Of a stretch of 64,000 nt of DNA, positions 57,317 to 64,000 are shown in pieces. Source of the DNA: Methyloversatilis sp. (lineage in GTDB: Bacteria > Pseudomonadota > Gammaproteobacteria > Burkholderiales > Rhodocyclaceae); contig NZ_OZ260098.1 of the NCBI RefSeq assembly GCF_965284615.1, forward strand, positions 2,732,318-2,796,317, given 5' to 3'. How positions within the stretch are numbered: the first letter of the stretch is position 1; every line of letters starts with the position of its first letter. The translations under genes were made by a program, and so were the position numbers. The notes under the pieces were generated by a model, which was not told the DNA's origin, ran no database searches, and worked only from the letters and a program-made list of their open reading frames with translations.

Positions 57317-60247
57317 ATGAAACGAATGCTCTTCAACGCGACGCAGGCCGAAGAGCTGCGCGTCGCGATTGTCGATGGCCAGAAGCTTGTTGACCTCGAC
57401 ATTGAGTCATCCAGCAAGGAACAGCGCAAAAGCAACATCTACAAGGCAGTCATCACCCGCATCGAGCCCAGCCTCGAAGCATGCTTTGTCGATTACGGCG
57501 CAGACCGCCACGGCTTCCTGCCGTTCAAGGAAGTTTCCAAGTCCTATTTCAAGCCCGATCTCGAACCCGGCCGCGCCCGCATCCAGGACGCACTGTCGGT
57601 GGGTCAGGAACTGATCGTCCAGATCGACAAGGACGAACGCGGCAACAAGGGCGCCGCACTCACCACCTTCATTTCGCTGGCCGGCCGCTATCTGGTGCTG
57701 ATGCCGAACAACCCGCGCGGCGGTGGTGTTTCGCGCCGCGTCGAAGGCGACGACCGCGCCGAACTGCGCGAAACCATGGATCAGCTCGAAGTGCCTGGCG
57801 GCATGAGCCTGATCGCCCGCACCGCCGGCATCGGTCGCAACGCCGAAGAACTGCAGTGGGACCTGAACTACCTGCTGCAACTGTGGACCGCCATCGAAGG
57901 CGCCGCCCAGTCGCAGTCCGGTGCCTTCCTGATCTACCAGGAAGGCAGTCTGGTCATCCGCGCGATCCGCGACTACTTCCAGCCTGACATCGGCGAAATC
58001 CTGATCGACACCGACGAGGTGTACGACCAGGCCTACACCTTCATGGAACACGTGATGCCCGGCAACGTGGCGCGCGTGAAGCGTTACCGCGACGACGTGC
58101 CGCTGTTCTCGCGCTTCCAGATCGAACACCAGATCGAGTCCGCCTATTCGCGTCAGGTGAACCTGCCTTCGGGCGGCGCCATCGTGATCGACCACACCGA
58201 AGCACTGGTGGCGGTGGACGTGAACTCCGGCCGCTCGACCAAGGGCAGCGACATCGAGGAAACCGCGCTGCGCACCAACTGCGAAGCGGCCGACGAAATC
58301 GCCCGCCAGTTGCGTCTGCGCGACCTCGGCGGCCTGATCGTCATCGACTTCATCGACATGGAAAACCCGCGCGCCCAGCGCGAGGTGGAAACCCGCCTGC
58401 GCGACGCGCTGCATCACGACCGTGCGCGCGTGCAGATGGGCAAGATCAGCCGCTTCGGTCTGCTCGAACTGTCGCGCCAGCGCCTGCGTCCGGCGCTGGC
58501 CGAAACCAGCTACATCCCCTGCCCGCGCTGCAGCGGCACCGGCCACATCCGCTCGACCGAATCGGCTGCGCTGCACATCCTGCGCATCCTCGAAGAAGAA
58601 GCGATGAAGGAAAACACGGGTGCCGTGCACACCCAGGTGCCGGTCAACGTCGCCACCTTCCTGCTGAACGAGAAGCGGGCCGACATCAACGCGATCGAAC
58701 TGCGCCACAAGGTCAACATCGTCCTGATCCCGAACAAGTATCTGGAAACGCCGGCGCACGAGATCACCCGTCTGCGCCACGACCAGCTGAACCTCGAAGG
58801 CGTGGCCCAGCCGTCCTATCAGATGGCGGTGAATCCGTCGGCGGAGAGCTATCAGCCGCCGTCCGCCATCCCGGCCGACGAGCGCCCGAAGCGTCAGGAA
58901 GCCGCAATCAAGCACATCACGCCGGACCAGCCGGCGCCTGTCGTGGCCGAGGTCGCACCGCCCGCACCGGTCGCTGCTGCTGCGGCGGCTGCACCCGCGG
59001 CCAAGGGCGGCTTCTTCGGCTGGATCGCCGGGCTGTTCGGCGGTGGCGCTGCCGCGCCTGCCCCGGCGCCCGCTCCGGCCCCGGAAGCGAAGCCCGCGCA
59101 AACGCGCGAACGCGGTCCGCGTGGCGAGGGCGAACGCGGTCGCAACCGCAACCGTCGCGACAACCGCGAAGGACGTGAAGGTCGCGAGGGCCGCGAAGGT
59201 CGCGAACAACGCGAGCCGCGAGAGCCACGCGAAGCGCAGAGCAAGGGCGAAGGCCGCGACGGTCAGCGCAAGCAGCGTGAACCCCGTGAGCCGCGCGAAC
59301 CGCGTAACGAGCAGGAAGCTGCCACGCCGCGCGAACCGCGTCCGCCGCGCGAGCCGCGCCCGCCGCGTGAGCCGCGTGAGCCGCGCGAGCGTGCCGCCAA
59401 TGACGCACGCGAACAGCAGCAGGCACAGACCGATCTGCCGCTGGTCGCTGCCACCGGCACTCAGCCCGAGAATGTCGCGCCGGCCGAGGGTGGCGAAGGC
59501 GCCGCACCGCGCAGCCGCCGTCGCCGTGGCGGCCGCCGCGAACGTGGCGAGCGCCGTCCGGACGGCGTGGAAGGCGCAGTTGCCGATGTCGCCGCAGTCG
59601 AGGGCGATCTGACGGTGACCGACTCCGCCGCCAATGAGGTGCCGGCTGCCGCCGCCGAAGCCCAGGCCGCGTTGCCGCTGGATGTCCCCGCAGCAGCACC
59701 GATCGCCGCCGAGCAGGCCCCGTTGGCCGACGCCGCACCGGTGACCGAAACCGCTGCTGTGGCCGAAGCGCCGGTAGAGCCTGTTGTGCCGGCACCGGTG
59801 GTGTCTGCACCGGTAGCCCCGGAGCCGGCTGTGACCGAACCCGTCGCAGTGGAAACACCGGTGACCGAGCCCGTCGTGGCTGCAGTCGCTGCACTGCCGG
59901 TCGTCGAAGTGGCTGCCGAACCGGTGGCCGCACCGGCACCCGTCGTCGATCAACCGGCGCAGATCGCGGCCTCGTTGAACGATGCTGGTGAATCGACCCT
60001 GGTGCGCGCAATGGAAAGCTTCGGCTCGACGCCCCAGCCGTCCGCGCCGGCGCCTGCAATCGCACCGGCGGCCGATCTGCAGAGCACGCTGGCCGATAGC
60101 GGCCTGGTCATGGTGGAAACCTCGGCCGAGCGCGCTGCCGGCATCGAACCCGTCATCGTCGAACAGCCGCAACTGGGCCGTCGCCGTCGCCCGGCGCCGG
60201 TGATCGCCAACGAACCGATGCAGCAGGTGGAAACACGCAACGAGTAA
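57317..60247 (+). CDS. rne: Ribonuclease E
   Basis: [21 protein letters not shown]-like IVIDFIDM, Zn-link CPRC, amphipathic [12 protein letters not shown], Arg-rich and Ala/Pro/Glu-rich CTD. Confidence 0.97.
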   Translation: MKRMLFNATQAEELRVAIVDGQKLVDLDIESSSKEQRKSNIYKAVITRIEPSLEACFVDYGADRHGFLPFKEVSKSYFKPDLEPGRARIQDALSVGQELIVQIDKDERGNKGAALTTFISLAGRYLVLMPNNPRGGGVSRRVEGDDRAELRETMDQLEVPGGMSLIARTAGIGRNAEELQWDLNYLLQLWTAIEGAAQSQSGAFLIYQEGSLVIRAIRDYFQPDIGEILIDTDEVYDQAYTFMEHVMPGNVARVKRYRDDVPLFSRFQIEHQIESAYSRQVNLPSGGAIVIDHTEALVAVDVNSGRSTKGSDIEETALRTNCEAADEIARQLRLRDLGGLIVIDFIDMENPRAQREVETRLRDALHHDRARVQMGKISRFGLLELSRQRLRPALAETSYIPCPRCSGTGHIRSTESAALHILRILEEEAMKENTGAVHTQVPVNVATFLLNEKRADINAIELRHKVNIVLIPNKYLETPAHEITRLRHDQLNLEGVAQPSYQMAVNPSAESYQPPSAIPADERPKRQEAAIKHITPDQPAPVVAEVAPPAPVAAAAAAAPAAKGGFFGWIAGLFGGGAAAPAPAPAPAPEAKPAQTRERGPRGEGERGRNRNRRDNREGREGREGREGREQREPREPREAQSKGEGRDGQRKQREPREPREPRNEQEAATPREPRPPREPRPPREPREPRERAANDAREQQQAQTDLPLVAATGTQPENVAPAEGGEGAAPRSRRRRGGRRERGERRPDGVEGAVADVAAVEGDLTVTDSAANEVPAAAAEAQAALPLDVPAAAPIAAEQAPLADAAPVTETAAVAEAPVEPVVPAPVVSAPVAPEPAVTEPVAVETPVTEPVVAAVAALPVVEVAAEPVAAPAPVVDQPAQIAASLNDAGESTLVRAMESFGSTPQPSAPAPAIAPAADLQSTLADSGLVMVETSAERAAGIEPVIVEQPQLGRRRRPAPVIANEPMQQVETRNE

Positions 60248-60265
60248 GGCGCTGACACCGCAAGA

Positions 60266-60294
60266 AGGGGCCCGGCACCGTCCGGGCCCTTTTT
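60266..60294 (+). terminator. rne intrinsic terminator
   Basis: GGGCCCGG/CCGGGCCC stem followed by TTTTT. Confidence 0.8.
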
Positions 60295-60409
60295 GCATGC
60301 ATGGCGGGATCCACGCCCGGCGCCGGGTGATTTTCCCGTGCCGGCGCCGCCCGTTTTCACCGACACTGCGCACGCTTTTTTCAATCACAACAAACGAGGA
60401 GAACACCCC

Positions 60410-60925
60410 ATGCGTCTTTTTGCAGCCCTGCTCGCCATTGTCGCCAGCACCACGGTCTTCGCGCACGGTCCGTCGCGCCTGAAGGCCAACGAAACGATCA
60501 CGCTGAAGGCCAGCCCGGACGCCGTTTGGGCCAAGGTGAAGGACTTCACGCAGCTGCAGTCCTGGCACCCGGCCGTCGAGAGCAGCATCGCCACTGCCGG
60601 CAGTGATGTCGGTTCGGTGCGCACGCTGAAGATCAAGGGCGGCGGCGAAGTGGTCGAGAAGCTGGAAGCGATTTCGGATGTCAACCGCAGCCTCACCTAT
60701 ACCGCCCAGGACGGCGGCGCGCTGCCGGTGAGCAAGTACAAGTTCACGATTACCGTGAAGCCGGCCGACGGTGGCGGTTCGACGGTGGAGTGGAAAGGCG
60801 TGTTCTTCCGCGCCGACGCGAGCGAGCATCCCGCTGCCGGCAAGGACGACGAGGCGGCCACCGGCACGATCAAGGCGGTCTATACCGACGGTCTGAAGAA
60901 TCTGAAGGCGCTGCTGGACAAGTAA
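60410..60925 (+). CDS. mxaD: Periplasmic SRPBCC protein, MxaD-like
   Basis: Signal peptide then AHGPSR...ITLKASPDAVWAKVKDF...SWHPAV; C-terminal VYTDGLKNLKA; GAGGAG RBS. Confidence 0.7.
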   Translation: MRLFAALLAIVASTTVFAHGPSRLKANETITLKASPDAVWAKVKDFTQLQSWHPAVESSIATAGSDVGSVRTLKIKGGGEVVEKLEAISDVNRSLTYTAQDGGALPVSKYKFTITVKPADGGGSTVEWKGVFFRADASEHPAAGKDDEAATGTIKAVYTDGLKNLKALLDK

Positions 60926-60971
60926 TCGTCGCGACAGCGAAAGCGGAACGGGCGGCCATGGCCGCCCGTTT

Positions 60972-61442
60972 TCATTTGAGCCGTTGCTGCAGCTCGCGGA
61001 TCAGGCCGTCGGCCGCGTCCTCGATCAGATCGAGCACTCGCTCGAAGCCCGCCGGACCACCATAGTAGGGGTCGGGTACCTCGTCCTCATCGAAGCGTTC
61101 GGCGTGCTGGAGGAACAGCGCCAGCTTGTGACGCAGCGGTTCCGGGCAGTTGCGTTCGAGATTGCGCAGGTTGTCGCGGTCCATCGCATAGATCAAGTCG
61201 AACTGCATGAAATCGGCCACATCGACACGACGCGCGCGGATGCGTGTCAGATCGACGCCGCGCGAAGCCGCCGCCGCGGCCGCACGCGGATCAGGCTTGC
61301 TGCCGACGTGGTGGGCGTGCGTACCGGCCGATGCGACCTCGACGCGTTCGTGCAGACCCGCGGCTTCGAGCCGCGCGCGCACCACGCCCTCGGCGGTCGG
61401 CGAACGACAGATGTTGCCCATGCAGCAGAACAGTATCTTCAT
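60972..61442 (-). CDS. Low-molecular-weight protein-tyrosine phosphatase
   Basis: CMGNICRSPTAE, DPYYG. Confidence 0.95.
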   Translation of the reverse strand: MKILFCCMGNICRSPTAEGVVRARLEAAGLHERVEVASAGTHAHHVGSKPDPRAAAAAASRGVDLTRIRARRVDVADFMQFDLIYAMDRDNLRNLERNCPEPLRHKLALFLQHAERFDEDEVPDPYYGGPAGFERVLDLIEDAADGLIRELQQRLK

Positions 61443-61485
61443 GTCGGGATCCCGTGCGGCACGCAGCGGCCGGCGCATCCAGCGC

Positions 61486-62433
61486 TCAAGCACAGCCACT
61501 TCCCGTAGCTATATCGAGGCGGACCGGGATGCCGCTCATCGCGTCTTCGTCGCCCCATGAACGGACGGGCAGCTCGGGCGGATCGAAGGCGGTATCCCCC
61601 TCCTCCACCACACTGCCCGGCTTCAGGCCGGCGAAATCGAACAGCTTCTGATCGGCCAGGTGCGAGGGCACGACATTGCGCATCGCCGTGGCCATCGATT
61701 CGATGCGTCCCGGATACAGCCGCGCCCACTCCTGCAGCATCGCCTTCACCTGCTTGCGCTGCGCGTTCTCCTGCGAGCCGCACAGATTGCAGGGAATGAT
61801 GGGGTAATCCATCACGCGGGCGAAGCGCTCGATGTCGCGCTCGGTGCAGTAGGCCAGCGGCCGGATGACGATGTGACGGCCGTCGTCGCTGACCAGCTTG
61901 GGCGGCATCGACTTGATCTTGCCGCCGAAGAACATGTTCAGGAACAGCGTTTCCAGCAGGTCGTCGCGGTGGTGGCCCAGCGCGATCTTGGTCGCGCCCA
62001 GTTCGGACGCCACGCGGTAGATGATGCCGCGGCGCAGCCGCGAACACAGACCGCAAGTGGTCTTGCCCTCGGGAATCTTGTCCTTGACGATGGAGTAGGT
62101 GTCTTCGGTCTCGATGCGGTACTCGACGCGGATCGACTCGAAATAGGCCGGCAGGATGTGATCCGGAAAGCCCGGCTGCTTCTGGTCGAGATTGAAGGCG
62201 ATCAGCCGGAAGCGCACAGGCGCCCGCTCCTGCAGGCCGCGCAGCAGTTCCAGCATCGTGTACGAATCCTTGCCGCCGGACATGCACACCATGATCACGT
62301 CGCCGTCCTCGATCATCGAGTAATCGCCGATGGCCTGCCCCACGGCGCGTTCGAGACGCTTGCGGAACTTGAGGAAGGTGTTGGACAGCGGCTCGGCAGC
62401 GGCGGCCGGAACGGGAGCGAGGACCTGCGACAT
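61486..62433 (-). CDS. ttcA: tRNA 2-thiocytidine(32) synthetase
   Basis: SGGKDS PP-loop, [24 protein letters not shown]. Confidence 0.96.
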   Translation of the reverse strand: MSQVLAPVPAAAAEPLSNTFLKFRKRLERAVGQAIGDYSMIEDGDVIMVCMSGGKDSYTMLELLRGLQERAPVRFRLIAFNLDQKQPGFPDHILPAYFESIRVEYRIETEDTYSIVKDKIPEGKTTCGLCSRLRRGIIYRVASELGATKIALGHHRDDLLETLFLNMFFGGKIKSMPPKLVSDDGRHIVIRPLAYCTERDIERFARVMDYPIIPCNLCGSQENAQRKQVKAMLQEWARLYPGRIESMATAMRNVVPSHLADQKLFDFAGLKPGSVVEEGDTAFDPPELPVRSWGDEDAMSGIPVRLDIATGSGCA

Positions 62434-62811
62434 GGTGAGCGACGCAGCTGCGCTGCGCGACATGATCTGAAGCGCTGATTATAGCCGGCTCATCGACGGC
62501 CCGGCCCGTGCGCCGCGCCCCGGCCAGGGTACCTTTGCCCACCGCCGGTCTCCGACGAGATCTGCAGATCCCTTCACGGGCCGTCGGTGCACATCGGACG
62601 ATGCCGTTGGAGGCGGCCATATGCGCTTTCCTGCGTCGAGTCATGGCTGCGCCCTTGGACTGCGACAGCCTCGCCAGCATCGCGCAGGGGAGGGCGGCGA
62701 CAGGCTGGCGGACACCATTCCATTCGCAAAAGACTGTGTCCTGCGCACACATTCATCGATACGGCATCAGCACGAACTAAAATGCGCTGACCATTTTTCA
62801 GCCCATTCGTC

Positions 62812-63489
62812 ATGCTCCGCATCCTTGTCCTGATACTCGGCACTCTCATCAGTCAGGCCGCTCTTGCACAGGCCGTCAGGGCACCCGAATTCGACCGTCT
62901 CGCCGGCAATTCGCGCATCGTCCTGATGCCGCTCGACGTTGAACTGTTCACGATGACCGCCGGCGGGATGACCGAGCCACAGGCGCACTGGACCGAACAG
63001 GCACGAAACCATCTGCTCGCGTCGCTCAGACGGCGGGAGGCCGCGATGGACACGCCGCTGATCGAGCTCGCTGATCAGGACATAAAGGTGGCGGAACTGA
63101 ATCACCTGCACGGTGCCGTCGCCGGTGCCATCGCCCTGCACCACTACCTCACCCATTACGAATTGCCGACCAAGGAAAAGCGCATGGACTGGCATATCGG
63201 TGCCGACACCGACTGGCTGCGCGAGAAGACCGGAGCCGACTACGCACTGTTCCTTTTCGTGCGCGACAGCTACGCCACTGCCGAGCGCAAGATGACGATG
63301 TTCCTTGCCGCCATGCTCGGCGTCGGCATTCCGGCGGGCATACAGATCGGCTACGCCTCGCTGGTTGACCTTCAGACCGGCCAGATCGTGTGGTTCAACC
63401 GACTGGTGCGTGGCACCGGCGACCTGCGGGAAGCCGAACCGGCGGAAGAATCCATCACCGCGCTGCTCGACAAGTTTCCGCGCCAATGA
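62812..63489 (+). CDS. Exported hypothetical protein
   Basis: Signal peptide; GADYALFLFVRD...ASLVDLQTGQIVWFN (CsgG/TolB-N-like tail); ATGA-coupled to the next gene. Confidence 0.7.
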   Translation: MLRILVLILGTLISQAALAQAVRAPEFDRLAGNSRIVLMPLDVELFTMTAGGMTEPQAHWTEQARNHLLASLRRREAAMDTPLIELADQDIKVAELNHLHGAVAGAIALHHYLTHYELPTKEKRMDWHIGADTDWLREKTGADYALFLFVRDSYATAERKMTMFLAAMLGVGIPAGIQIGYASLVDLQTGQIVWFNRLVRGTGDLREAEPAEESITALLDKFPRQ

Positions 63490-64000
63490 CGCAGCGTCGC
63501 GATGCCTCGCCGGCCGATATGTACCGGCGCGACCTCCTGTGCAGTTGCTGCTCCGGCGCACTACTGTCGCTGCTGCCCTCGCTCGCGCGGGCTGCGTACG
63601 ACATGCCGGCCCGCTTCGAGCGTCCGGACATCGCCACCGACGAGGGCGGGCTCTGGGCCATGATGGACCGCGAGGAGGAGAAGCTCAGACACTCGCGCTT
63701 CCTGCTCGGCGACGCCGAACTGCAGCGCTATGTGTCCGATATCGCATGCCGGCTTGCCGGCAATCACTGTCCGGACATGCGCGTGTATCTGGTGCGCACG
63801 CCATTCTTCAACGCCAGCATGGCACCCAACGGCATGATGCAGGTGTGGAGCGGACTGCTGCTGCGCGCCTCCAATGAAGCCCAGCTGGCGGCCGTGCTCG
63901 CGCACGAGGTCGGCCACTACCTGAAGCGTCACAGCCTGGAGCGGATGCGCGACGCGCGTTCGAAGTCAGCGCTGGCCCAGTTCGTGGGCATGGCACTGGG
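63486..64000 (+). CDS. M48-family zinc metallopeptidase, 3' truncated
   Basis: FNASMAPNG...EAQLAAVLAHEVGH; RRDLL twin-arginine-like leader. Confidence 0.88.
   Translation, partial: MTQRRDASPADMYRRDLLCSCCSGALLSLLPSLARAAYDMPARFERPDIATDEGGLWAMMDREEEKLRHSRFLLGDAELQRYVSDIACRLAGNHCPDMRVYLVRTPFFNASMAPNGMMQVWSGLLLRASNEAQLAAVLAHEVGHYLKRHSLERMRDARSKSALAQFVGMAL

Noticed and set aside
59150-59400. Short tandem-like repeats (GAGCCGCGC, GAAGGTCGC)
   Set aside because: They encode the REP/REG low-complexity Arg-rich region of the RNase E CTD; no constant repeat with unique spacers, so not CRISPR
57407-60829. 1140-aa minus-strand ORF, and similar long shadows (30501-33209, 18054-19664, 9922-11961, 37029-38339)
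   Set aside because: Exact antisense shadows of rne, uvrC/nagZ, purL, the AprA-like gene and lepAB; expected from high-GC codon bias; no recognisable motifs or RBS
62621-62833. 70-aa ORF with a GGAGG upstream in the ttcA intergenic gap
   Set aside because: No recognisable motif, atypical composition, and it overlaps the start of the better-supported 62812 gene

Overview
High-GC (~68%) betaproteobacterial chromosome segment. Gene order and an MxaD-like gene suggest a Methyloversatilis-like Rhodocyclales/Nitrosomonadales methylotroph (inference). About 29.3-62.5 kb is mostly conserved housekeeping: tRNA-Gly/Cys/Gly, pgsA-uvrC, lepA-lepB-rnc-era-recO-pdxJ-acpS-nagZ, rpoE-rseABC-mucD, nadB, the rpmF-plsX-fab cluster, rluC/rne and ttcA. 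purL lies at 15.9-19.9 kb. Accessory regions are 1-15.9 kb and 20-29.3 kb. Two things stand out. (1) A sulfur-linked module at 3.1-15.9 kb: GntR, AprA-like flavoprotein, AprB-like ferredoxin, HEAT-repeat protein, 7Fe ferredoxin, a sulfonate-type ABC importer whose binding protein carries a NosL-like tail, DUF971, a linked EtfBA, plus TauE and YeiH/YeiE-like sulfite-export genes. Two of its transcription units share a duplicated sigma54 promoter plus palindromic operator. (2) A window-wide signature: GTCGAC is nearly absent and GTTGAC/GTCAAC/GTTAAC take its place, changing strongly conserved residues of essential proteins (Era P-loop, LepA, LepB, NagZ, a REC domain). This points to a DNA modification at GTCGAC, seen either as a sequencing artefact or as real deamination. 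No CRISPR array, integrase, transposase or rRNA was seen. All assignments come from motif recognition by eye; no database searches were run.
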